The notes beneath the pieces were generated by a model, which made no database searches, was not told where the DNA came from, and saw nothing but the letters and a program-made list of their open reading frames with translations. This document shows, in pieces, positions 12,871 through 23,878 of a stretch of 64,000 nucleotides of DNA. Origin of the DNA: Cyanophora paradoxa CCMP329 (Eukaryota; Plantae; Glaucophyta); NCBI GenBank assembly GCA_004431415.1, contig QPMI01000295.1:1-64000 (forward strand), written 5' to 3'. The translations under genes and the position numbers were made by a program. Each line of letters opens with the position of its first letter. Within the stretch, counting starts at the first letter, position 1.

Positions 12871-13963
12871 TGAAGGTCTAGATTCGCGCTTGCCAAAGCC
12901 GCGAAGCTAAGATCATGACTCGCTCGCTCACAAGAAGGGCAAGCTGCAACTGCGCTCGAGGACATCAGCTAGCGCACGCTGCAGAGTGAGTCTTGCGGAC
13001 GTAGAATGATTGAACATTAGTGATCAATTGTTGATCAATTATTCATCAAAAGATATCAATGGTTGGCACTAACAATAGCTTAAAGATGACTGAAGGCATA
13101 GTAAACAATGGGCATTGCTAACACACATTGAAAGCGGCTAAGCAAAGCCGCTCGAGCGGCTAGGGAACAAGCCGCTCAGCAAGTTACACAGCTTGCCCTC
13201 GCTTGTGAGCGAGGGAGACAAGCGCCGACAGCACAGCAAAGGCGCACAACTGCGAAGCAAGACTCTAAGACTAGACAATCAACTACTGCGCCGAGTACGC
13301 GCGAGTTGCTGCCGACATGACTGCAGCGAAGCTGACGGGCCAGCGTAACGAGCACCAGGCCTAGCCATGAGCGCAGCCAAGGGCGGGCGCTCAGCAGAAT
13401 CGATATAGCGTCGGTAGACCGCTGACAACAAGGACCAGCGACCAACCGCTTGAACAAGCTCTTCAGGCACGCCCGCCGCAGCCAGAGCAGTAGCTCCACC
13501 GCGACGCAAGCCATGAGGTGTGATACCAGTGGCGTCCAAGCCCGCCGCGTCAAATGCGAACCGGAGAACATAGGCCACGGTCTGAGCTGACAGAGAACGA
13601 GCTGCGTCCCGAAGCTGCCCAAAAAGAGGTGCGCCCGGATCCGCGAGCGCTACAGTCCGCAAGTAGGTTCGAAACCAGAACACCGGACAGATGACCGACT
13701 CTGGGACAGCGCCCAAGACAACTTGCGCGCCTTGGCGACGACGATCGGTCTTGGAACCGGCAATGAAGAGCACGACGCGATCCGCGCGGATGGACACATC
13801 TTGCCGCCGGAGTGCCACGATTTCGCCACGCCGCAACAGGCCAAAGAAACCGGTAAGCAACATCACAAGGGCGCGAAGGAGCTTGTTTGAGGGGGAACGA
13901 GCGTAGGTACGAGCAATCGCCTCCAGGTGGACGGACGTGACCAATGCAGATTGCTTTGCTGGT

Positions 13964-16900
13964 TGTGCCGCCCACTTTCCGACTCCCAGCTAGCCCTGGT
14001 CGTCGGCTCTAAGCCGGCAGCTTGCCTTGCCTTGTACCCTTTGTAGCCTGCTATTCCTGGTGCCACGTTGTTGCCAACTGGCCCGCTTATTTTAGCCCTG
14101 GGCCCTCGCTTGCCCTGCGCGGCGCTCGCTTGCTGTCTGTCGACGTCCTTGTTCTCTTGTTCTCTCTGTCTTACGCTGGCTCTGCGCCTGCTGTGTACGT
14201 AATGGCACCCGCTTGCCGCCGCCCTACGGTGCCGTACGGGCCTGTCCCTCTCTGCTTGGGGCGCCTCTGGGCCTAGCCAACTGCTTAGCGCATCCCGCCC
14301 AGCGCATGGGGGCTGCTGCGTTGGGCTTCGACTTTTTAGCTCGTATGCCTGGGGACGAACGCTGCGCTCTTGCCCGAACCCCTGGACAAGCACGCCATCG
14401 TTTGCCTTGGCTTGCGCGTACGGCCTCCACTTTCTTGTAGTGGGAAGCGCCTATGCGGCAGAGCTTAGCAATACGAACCGCATGGTTCATGCCTTTCCAC
14501 CCGCCACTGCGCCTTTCTTGCTTACGGACCTGGCGCACCACTCTTTCTGTAGTGGGAAGCGTCCGCCAACCCGTCTATTGAGCCGCATGCGCTCACAGTC
14601 ATCTAAACGTGCCGTGGCTGCGCTCAAGAGCAAATGCTGATGCAGCCCGCGCGCATGTCGAGTGAAACTGTATTGCATTGTATCGGGGACGACACCACAA
14701 CGTACTACTAAATGTATTGTATGTGGAGCAACACCCTCTACATCTACACACGTCGTCATTACGATCGAATTGCGTGTTGACGCCGATCGAATGATGATCT
14801 TGTTGTCGTCGTGGCATGTCGTTTCTTCCCTGGTCCACGTGCAGTGAGACGTATGATGATTAAAGCTGTCTGACTGAGTATTCTTCACAAACATACCTTC
14901 TTTTCGTCGTCGTCTTGTTTTGTCGAGTTGCCCGCATGCTCGTGACATGCCAGGCTCGCAAGGCAGCTATGAAGCGCCAGTCAACCAATCTTTGCTCTCT
15001 GCAGAAAGTACAGAGTCAGCCCGCCAAGACGTGAATGCCCTGGGATAACATGGCCCCAGTCCGCGCCCGAGGTCTCACCTACGACGGCTGCGATGGCACC
15101 TCCGGCTAGCCCGAGGCACGCTCAATGGTGGCGAGTGTATCTGAAGAACGCATGGAGTCAAACCGCTGCGACGTGAAAGCCCCTGGGATAACAAGGCCCA
15201 GTACGCGCCCGAGGTCTCACCTACGACGGCTGCAGTGGCGCCTGCGGACCTCCCGAGGCACGCTCAGCGGCGGCGAGTGGCATCCCTCGTGAGGATCACT
15301 CCACTTGACTCCACCCTGCATCCAGAGGACGTGCGGCTCCGCGTCTCTCTCGGCTCTGCGGGTTGCGTACGCGTCAGTGGAAGCCGGCGCAGCTCCACTT
15401 GACAGCGATCTCTATGCGAGGAAGCGCATCTATCTGTTGTCAAGCCTACCGGGCGCACTGTCGCACCTAGTCGGCAGACAAGATGCCAAGACCTTGCCCT
15501 GGCTCCGACGACGTAGCTGCCCTTCTCCGGGACGTCCAGCTCGTCAAGCCAGATGTCAGTCGCTTCACGCACATCTCAAGCGTGTGCGAACTGTCGTTTT
15601 CTTCCTGTCGTGGGCGTTTGATCAGCGACCGAGGCCTGTTCAGCGGGCGGAGGTCTGACCGAGGCCTGTCCGGCGGGCGGAGGTCAACAGAAGCGTAAAG
15701 GATGCGCTCTGGAACGTCCTACGACGACGTGAGCAGCCATAGCTAAAGTTGGACGGCGGACAGCGGACCTGTCTGTTGAGGAGCGTCAGCAAGCAGCACT
15801 GGGTGATGCCCCGCGACCAGTCTTCACGTTCGCGCGTCGACTGCGTCGGCCCGTCGGGTGATTCCCGTGCATCGGTTGAACCTGGCAGCTGGGTGATGCC
15901 AGCTGGACGCCAGCGCTGTTTCGGTCTGCTTAGCTGTGGGTGATTCCACGCTGACCAAGCCAGCACGCACCGGCGCTCTAGTCCGGGTGATTCCGACCAA
16001 GCCTCCGCTTGCGACTCTCCGCTGCTGAGAGGTCCATACGTCTTGCCTACGACTATCACGCGAGCACCGATGATCATTCCGGGCCGCGCTGATGCTGTCT
16101 CCTGTCCCGCGATGGTGGCCTGCCTAAGCCCCGGCTACGCGCTGCATCTGCGTACGCTGGCGGACTCGATGGCTGTCCCGTCCGATCGTGGAGGATCCTT
16201 GGCGATGGGTCTGTATGATGCAACCAGTGGCCTGCTGCTGCTGCGGAGCCTGACCCCGTACGACTGGCTCGCCGCCTCTACTCTTCATGGCTTGCCTGCT
16301 CTACGCGTACGCGGCTGCACACTCTACTGTGCTGACCGATCGCCCCGCCTTGTGACTCCGCCGGCCGAGTCACTTGGCAACGCAATGCGGCAAGCTGCGC
16401 CGAGCTTGGCCCGCAACGCGTACTCTGCCGCTGCGGCTCTGCTGATCGAGCCTGCGGTCCTACACTCCTACATTCTACATCAAGTACCTTCTACACTGTG
16501 GAACTTTCGACCCGGCGCCGCCGCAGCCCGGCGGCTTGCGGCGCGGCGCCGGTTTCGAATTCGAGCTTAGTGCTAGCGCTAGCACTCGTTTTCCCCTCCG
16601 GCGGGATTTAGAGGGTTTGCCCCGGTTGGCTGGCGGCGCTCCGCGCGCTCTGGCGTCAGGTCGTGGGTCCCTCACCCAACTTCCCTTGTTGGGCCCAGTT
16701 CCTCATACTGGTGCCGACGGCCTGATGGATTTTAATTTGCCCCTCTGGCCCGCCCGCTGTGGCGCCGAGGACGGCTTTCTGTGCAGGGACGGTAGCCGGC
16801 TTTTGGCTCGTAGTCCGTTCAGCCTCGCCTACGCAGCTTTAGTTCAGCCTTTAGCTCGTAGCGCCGAGGACGGCTTTTTGTAGCGGGAAGCGTGTGCCGC

Positions 16901-17291
16901 CCACTTTCCGACTCCCAGCTAGCCCTGGTCGTCGGCTCTAAGCCGGCAGCTTGCCTTGCCTTGTACCCTTTGTAGCCTGCTATTCCTGGTGCCACGTTGT
17001 TGCCAACTGGCCCGCTTATTTTAGCCCTGGGCCCTCGCTTGCCCTGCGCGGCGCTCGCTTGCTGTCTGTCGACGTCCTTGTTCTCTTGTTCTCTCTGTCT
17101 TACGCTGGCTCTGCGCCTGCTGTGTACGTAATGGCACCCGCTTGCCGCCGCCCTACGGTGCCGTACGGGCCTGTCCCTCTCTGCTTGGGGCGCCTCTGGG
17201 CCTAGCCAACTGCTTAGCGCATCCCGCCCAGCGCAAGCCGGCTTAGAGCCGACGACCAGGGCTAGCTGGGAGTCGGAAAGTGGGCGGCACA
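13964..17291 (+). mobile_element. Non-autonomous LTR retroelement (LARD/TRIM-like) with 343-bp LTRs and an extra inverted 55-bp terminal segment
   Basis: Apparently identical TG..CA LTRs at 13964-14306 and 16893-17235. TGGGGGCT follows the 5' LTR (start of a tRNA-Pro-type PBS). Purine-rich AGCGGGAAGCG precedes the 3' LTR. 4-bp TSD TGGT at 13960-13963 and 17292-17295. No recognisable gag/pol. Confidence 0.85.
15028..15279 (+). repeat. Two diverged copies of a unit with about 142-bp period inside the LTR element
   Basis: gacgtgaa..ccctgggataaca..cgcgcccgaggtctcacctacgacggctgc..cccgaggcacgctca at 15028 and 15170. Confidence 0.8.
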
Positions 17292-17765
17292 TGGTTTTCC
17301 ACAAAGTCGGGCGATTCCTTGCAATGTTTGCAGCACAAGGGGGTGAGCAAATGCAGTAGTAGGCAACATCCTCTGCCTTGTCTGATGTAGCAGAGCAGAG
17401 TGACACTGGTCAATTGCTGAGAGACCGTACTCTTCATCAGCAAGAGCCACCAGCAGTGTTGCGACGCCAGAAGCTGTTGGTGGCCAGGCTGGAATGCAGT
17501 GAACCGCGCAATGGCCTTCATAGAGGACGACCCAGCGGGCGTAGAGGCTTTGGGTTCGCTCGCTCACAGAGTTTGTTCTGTAGAAAGTGACCCGGTTGAG
17601 CAGATCAGCCATACGAGCACCTGCATCACCAGTCAAGGGTATGTCAGACTACATTTCTTCTTCTTCTTTTTAAAGCCCCCACTCAAGCTTTCTATCCCTG
17701 TTGCTGGACAAAGTAAGCTGAGCAGAGATGAGCAGGAGTTGAATTCTGCAGCAAGAGCCTTCAAT

Positions 17766-19729
17766 CTACTCCCACGACGCATAAAGAGCAACAAGAATCC
17801 AGGAAGGTAACTGTGCCGAGCGAGGCCCGCGATAGCACACGTCATATGCTGGGCCGAGCACCATTGCAGGTGCACGCAAGGCAAGCTGCAACTGTGGCCA
17901 CCATGGAGCTGAGGGCCACTGAGGGACAATAAAAACTGCCGAGGCCCTACACTGGCGGACATGTGACACAAGGTGCAAGAGGAAATTTGGGTCTGGAAAG
18001 ACGTAATTACGAGCACCACGCCAGGTTGCTGTAAAGCAATCATATCCTTCAGCATGTCGATCATTCAAATCAATGGAAAAGTATCGATTTAGGTGAGTGT
18101 TGGCTGATGAGGCCATACGATCAATATCAAAAGGTCCAAATGTCCGACTGACCATGGCAAAATATCCAGGTTTCAAAGAGTAGTCGGCGGGGTAAAAGTA
18201 GCGACTCAAAGCATCGGACCACTCATTGTCAACACCAGGAATGTGTTCTGCTTCAATGCTGATGCAGTTGAGCAGAGCAATATCCCAAATTGCTGCTGCA
18301 ACTCGGCAAAGGTATTCATGTCTTCCGCCACCATTGTTGATGTAGGCCACAGTCACTGTGTTGTCCGAGCGAACTAAGATGTTCTGATTGCGCAATAAAC
18401 CTTGATAGTGCTGCATAGCGCGAAGCACTGCCATTAACTCGCGCCACGACGAAATTTGCTGAGCTTCTTCTTGGTTCCACAGGCACTGGAATGGGGCAGG
18501 CTCAAGCTCCCAAGCCACAGGTTGAGCATCACCAATTCGGGTAGTGATCCAGGCTCCTGCACCAACATGGCTTGCATCCGTAGTCAACACAAGGAGCCTT
18601 TCAGGCCGAATAGGGCAGCGGCCATTGTATCGGTGGATGTTGGCCAGCCACCACTCAAGTTCCCGACGAGTCTCATTGGTGAGCTCCACTGGATGATTCC
18701 AATGCCATTCTCTTGCCACAACATTGATGTATCGAAAGAGGGACCTGGTCTTGATGCGAGCTGGAGCCAAGCCCGTGCCATGGACACAAGGGTGCCGGCG
18801 ACCTTGGCCATTTCACGTGCAGATGCTGATTTCTTTTTCTTCAGAAGCCCTTTGATCAAAGCAAGCAGACGACCAAGCTTGTCTTGGGGTACTTCAAACA
18901 ACATGCGGGCGGAGTCCACTATGAAGCCCAAGAAAGCCACCGACTGTGCTGGGGTGAGCTCAGATTTGCTGTTGACCACAAGCTTGAGGGCAGCAAATGT
19001 TTTGAGGACGAAATCCCGCAATTCACAGGCCTTCTCGTAGGTTGGAGCAGCAAACCACCAGTCGTCAACATAGTTCACCACGAAGATGCCAAAGCGGCGG
19101 AAGTAGTTGACCACTTGTCGCATGATCTTGACGAATGCAAACGGTGAGTGCTTGAGGCCGAAGGGCAAAACTGTGTACACATAGAATTTGCTGTCAAACT
19201 CAAAGCCCATGTTCCGCCAGTCTTGCGGGGAGACTGGCACGTGGTGGTATCCAGATTCAAGGTCAATAGTGAACATGTACCAGCCTTGGCGCAGCATGGC
19301 TGCAACATGCTCAAGAGTCTCATACTTGAAGGGGATGTCCGGAAGGCCTTTATTGGTAGGCCGGCCATCCCAGATGAGCCGCAACTTGGATCCAGTCTTC
19401 TTGGGCACCACAGACAGTGAGCAGACAATGTTCACTTGAGCTTCTTCAACTTCTCTGATCGCTCCCGTGCGCAAAAGCTTCTGAATTTCGGTTCTCACAA
19501 AGTCCTGATGGTCCACAGCCGCAGACTTGTGGTTGGCCCGGCGCTCTGCTGGCAGCCGCCTCGCTCCTGACAAAGGGAAACCACGCAAGATCCAGTTGAG
19601 CACGACATCATTGGCTCCAATCGCTCTCCACTGTTGGACTGCAGCTTGAATGCAGGATGCAACAAAGCCTCCTGCAAAGTGAGGTGAGGCCTTGCATTGG
19701 CAGACATGCCCAATTATCGCGGTGCCCAT
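17766..19729 (-). CDS. Pol of element 1: RT + RNase H + Dam-like methyltransferase domain (1-nt frameshift near 18772)
   Basis: KLRLIWDGR, FTIDLESGYHHV, LPFGL, YVDD; RNase H TTDAS, RELMA, RSDN, DALSR; MT-like FDIDRMAS, YVFPDP, PQWPSAPWWP. Confidence 0.93.
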
Positions 19730-20744
19730 CTAGCACTGCTACAGCTGATGGTCCATGCAGCCGCTGGCTTGAAGATGGTGACACGCGAACGGGAAGAAGC
19801 TTAGAGGCCTTGGCTGCGAAGCAAGACTGAGGCTTGTACCCAGGGGCGCACTTATAACTTGTAAGTGCGCCCCTTGTACATATGTGCGTAAGCAAGGCTG
19901 CCTTTATTTGGCAGCCATACACTGCCCTATGCTACGCTGACGCTCACATAGGTTCGAGTATGGCTGCCACGGCAGCCTTGCTTACAGCAAGCTAAGCACA
20001 ACATGTCTTGTCATGAAGAATATAAGAGTGAGCGTGTCAATGTGCTTGTTGGTTCAAGTCTTGAGCTCACATGCACACACAGTGCCACAATGCACCCACA
20101 GTGCCACAACACATTTGCACAGGCATGGACTTTCTGGATGAATGCGCCAACCTGCGATATCAGCGGGAACAGTTGGCATCATGGAATCTTCGTACCCTTG
20201 TGTACTCCTCACCTGCAAAATGCACTAGGTTAATTTCAGAGCGCCCAGTATGCGATAGCGACACACGGGAAGGCCGGAGGGGGCCAGGAGCTCGACAGCC
20301 ATCAGCACTCCTGACCTGTGCTGGAAACAGGTCAGTTGCCGGGAGTCAGCTGGGGCTCTGCCAGGTTGGAGTCATCCAGACGGCAATATATGCCACTAGC
20401 ATTGAAAAGAAAAGTAGACTACACTCACAGTCACACTTCACAGTGTTAACACATGCAAATGCACACAGGACCAATGCATAAAGCCACAGCACGCCGGCGC
20501 CACCACGGCTGGTAATGACTATGCCGCACCCGGCCACAATGCCGCACCCGGCCACACCATCACATGAAATGGAAGCATAATACATGTATTGCATGTTTAG
20601 GGAAGCATACACGCACACTCTAGATCTTCTGAAGACTGCACTTGCATATGCTAGCAATACTTATGCTTGCAAGAACACACCGAAACACTAGTATCTAGCG
20701 AAATGCGAAACGAAAACTGCGCGTCCACACAAGGGCGCGCACGT

Positions 20745-21829
20745 CTACTTGGGGGGGTCGCGCCAGCCGGGGCGCGGCTCGTTCGGGCAATCCTTCACGA
20801 CATGCCCGGGCTTGTTGCAGCGGAAACACATCCGCTGTTGCGCTGCGACGGCGGGCGATCGCGGCCCTGGTGCTGGGGCCGCGGGTTGGCGTGCTGCACA
20901 TACGGGCGCCCGCCGGCGGCCTCCGGGCCAGCAATGTTGAGCGCGTGCGCCAGCGCCGCAGCCGTGCCCCGATACTCCTCTGGCACACCTGCCAGCCGCT
21001 CGGCAAGCTTGTCGCCGCCCTTGTCGCGAATGTCGATCCGCTTCCGGAGCTCGTCGAGGATTTTGAGGCTCTGCTTTACGTGATCGTAGCACGCAGTGCA
21101 CGAAGAGCATCTCTTGAGCTGAAACTTAAGCTGCGATAGCTGCAGGGCAAGCTCACGAAGCCACGGGTTTTTGAGCTGCATAGCCTCATGGTTGTCTTTC
21201 TGCTGCTCGCCGAGCTGCTGCTGCTGCTGCTCTTGAAGCTTGATGACCGCGCTATCTATCCCACGCTGAAGTAGCTCAGCCCACGCTGGCGGAAGCGCAC
21301 CCGCTGCCGGTTTGGTCGACGTTGGGGCAGTCGAGTTGCCAGCGGGTACAGCATAAGGGCCTTGAAGGTGACGGGTGAAGCCGGTTGACGGGCCAGCCGC
21401 GCCGGATCACTTGCGCCAAGTTCGGAAAGTTGCGCGCAGCCACTTGCTCTTCCTCGTCGTAGGCGCCACCGAACTGCTCACGCTGTGCCAGTCTAACGGC
21501 AACGTCGTCCTCAGGTTCATCTTCTGGGTCGGACTGCTGCTGGTCCGGATCCGGCGACACGGCTTTCTCCTTGCCTTTGCGAGATCGCGTCGGCGGAGGT
21601 GCAGGCTGCTCCTCCTCCGCACTGTCGTTGGCCGGAGCTTGAAGACGAGATGACGACCTCCGGGCCTGGGGCGCGGGGTCGTCGCCGTCTTGGGTTTGGC
21701 CGACTTGCGCGCACCAGTGGCCGTTGACTTGCGTTTCTGCGCCGCCTCGGCACAGGCGACGAGCAGAATGATGGTCAAGACGACTACGAACAGAGGGGCC
21801 CACGATGGGCTCCTCCGCGAGCGAGCCAT
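20745..21829 (-). pseudogene. Second gag copy of element 1 (frameshifted, possibly by consensus errors)
   Basis: Same sequence as 22784-23872 with single-base losses in C/G runs near 20832, 21402-21410 and 21676. Confidence 0.8.
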
Positions 21830-22783
21830 GACCTCAGCTTAGAGGCCTTGGCTGCGAAGCAAGACTGAGGCTTGTACCCCAGGGGCGCACTTATAACTTG
21901 TAAGTGCGCCCCTTGTACATATGTGCGTAAGCAAGGCTGCCTTTATTTGGCAGCCATACACTGCCCTATGCTACGCTGACGCTCACATAGGTTCGAGTAT
22001 GGCTGCCACGGCAGCCTTGCTTACAGCAAGCTAAGCACAACATGTCTTGTCATGAAGAATATAAGAGTGAGCGTGTCAATGTGCTTGTTGGTTCAAGTCT
22101 TGAGCTCACATGCACACACAGTGCCACAATGCACCCACAGTGCCACAACACATTTGCACAGGCATGGACTTTCTGGATGAATGCGCCAACCTGCGATATC
22201 AGCGGGAACAGTTGGCATCATGGAATCTTCGTACCCTTGTGTACTCCTCACCTGCAAAATGCACTAGGTTAATTTCAGAGCGCCCAGTATGCGATAGCGA
22301 CACACGGGAAGGCCGGAGGGGGCCAGGAGCTCGACAGCCATCAGCACTCCTGACCTGTGCTGGAAACAGGTCAGTTGCCGGGAGTCAGCTGGGGCTCTGC
22401 CAGGTTGGAGTCATCCAGACGGCAATATATGCCACTAGCATTGAAAAGAAAAGTAGACTACACTCACAGTCACACTTCACAGTGTTAACACATGCAAATG
22501 CACACAGGACCAATGCATAAAGCCACAGCACGCCGGCGCCACCACGGCTGGTAATGACTATGCCGCACCCGGCCACAATGCCGCACCCGGCCACACCATC
22601 ACATGAAATGGAAGCATAATACATGTATTGCATGTTTAGGGAAGCATACACGCACACTCTAGATCTTCTGAAGACTGCACTTGCATATGCTAGCAATACT
22701 TATGCTTGCAAGAACACACCGAAACACTAGTATCTAGCGAAATGCGAAACGAAAACTGCGCGTCCACACAAGGGCGCGCACGT

Positions 22784-23872
22784 CTACTTGGGGGGGTCGC
22801 GCCAGCCGGGGCGCGGCTCGTTCGGGCAATCCTTCACGACATGCCCGGGCTTGTTGCAGCGGAAACACATCCCGCTGTTGCGCTGCGACGGCGGGCGATC
22901 GCGGCCCTGGTGCTGGGGCCGCGGGTTGGCGTGCTGCACATACGGGCGCCCGCCGGCGGCCTCCGGGCCAGCAATGTTGAGCGCGTGCGCCAGCGCCGCA
23001 GCCGTGCCCCGATACTCCTCTGGCACACCTGCCAGCCGCTCGGCAAGCTTGTCGCCGCCCTTGTTGCGAATGTCGATCCGCTTCCGGAGCTCGTCGAGGA
23101 TTTTGAGGCTCTGCTTTACGTGATCGTAGCACGCAGTGCACGAAGAGCATCTCTTGAGCTGAAACTTAAGCTGCGATAGCTGCAGGGCAAGCTCACGAAG
23201 CCACGGGTTTTTGAGCTGCATAGCCTCATGGTTGTCTTTCTGCTGCTCGCCGAGCTGCTGCTGCTGCTGCTCTTGAAGCTTGATGACCGCGCTATCTATC
23301 CCACGCTGAAGTAGCTCAGCCCACGCTGGCGGAAGCGCACCCGCTGCCGGTTTGGTCGACGTTGGGGCAGTCGAGTTGCCAGCGGGTACAGCATAAGGGC
23401 CTTGAAGGTGACGGGTGAAGCCGGTTGACGGGCCAGCCGCGCCCGGATCCACTTGCGCCAAGTTCGGAAAGTTGCGCGCAGCCACTTGCTCTTCCTCGTC
23501 GTAGGCGCCACCGAACTGCTCACGCTGTGCCAGTCTAACGGCAACGTCGTCCTCAGGTTCATCTTCTGGGTCGGACTGCTGCTGGTCCGGATCCGGCGAC
23601 ACGGCTTTCTCCTTGCCTTTGCGAGATCGCGTCGGCGGAGGTGCAGGCTGCTCCTCCTCCGCACTGTCGTTGGCCGGAGCTTGAAGACGAGATGACGACC
23701 TCCGGGCCTGGGGCGCGGGGGTCGTCGCCGTCTTGGGTTTGGCCGACTTGCGCGCACCAGTGGCCGTTGACTTGCGTTTCTGCGCCGCCTCGGCACAGGC
23801 GACGAGCAGAATGATGGTCAAGACGACTACGAACAGAGGGGCCCACGATGGGCTCCTCCGCGAGCGAGCCAT
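22784..23872 (-). CDS. Gag-like protein of element 1 (362 aa) with signal-peptide-like N-terminus and CCHC knuckle
   Basis: Intact ORF; CFRCNKPGHVVKDC; homologous along its length to 59384-60520. Confidence 0.9.
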   Translation of the reverse strand: MARSRRSPSWAPLFVVVLTIILLVACAEAAQKRKSTATGARKSAKPKTATTPAPQARRSSSRLQAPANDSAEEEQPAPPPTRSRKGKEKAVSPDPDQQQSDPEDEPEDDVAVRLAQREQFGGAYDEEEQVAARNFPNLAQVDPGAAGPSTGFTRHLQGPYAVPAGNSTAPTSTKPAAGALPPAWAELLQRGIDSAVIKLQEQQQQQLGEQQKDNHEAMQLKNPWLRELALQLSQLKFQLKRCSSCTACYDHVKQSLKILDELRKRIDIRNKGGDKLAERLAGVPEEYRGTAAALAHALNIAGPEAAGGRPYVQHANPRPQHQGRDRPPSQRNSGMCFRCNKPGHVVKDCPNEPRPGWRDPPK

Positions 23873-23878
23873 GACCTC

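Larger units (their letters stand above)
13279..17612 (-). pseudogene. Tyrosine recombinase of element 1, split by a 3328-bp insertion (halves 17612-17292 and 13959-13279)
   Basis: N-terminal core-binding half ends LQGIARLCGKP. Removing the insertion and one TGGT copy restores GKP-AKQSALVTSVHLE in frame. Catalytic motifs LLRRGE, SKTD, HGLRRGG, GRW, YRRY. Confidence 0.92.

Noticed and set aside
13964-14306. Retrozyme or Penelope pseudo-LTR with hammerhead ribozyme
   Set aside because: I found no CTGANGA..GAAA core in the LTR or in the A/B repeats by eye. An Infernal search would settle it.
15028-15279. CRISPR-like or other repeat-spacer array
   Set aside because: Only two diverged units, eukaryotic context and no cas genes.
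13964-17291. Ginger/Sola-type DNA transposon (TGT..ACA TIRs, 4-bp TSD)
   Set aside because: Full 343-bp direct repeats with PBS-like and PPT-like motifs fit an LTR element better, and no transposase is visible.
18760-18790. Programmed frameshift between RT and RNase H
   Set aside because: Element 2 reads through here in one frame. Element 1 lacks one base in a short homopolymer, so it is a mutation or consensus error.
20003-20657. Small ORFs in the gag-pol spacer as an extra gene
   Set aside because: Frames are not conserved between the two elements apart from a short WMTPTW stretch.
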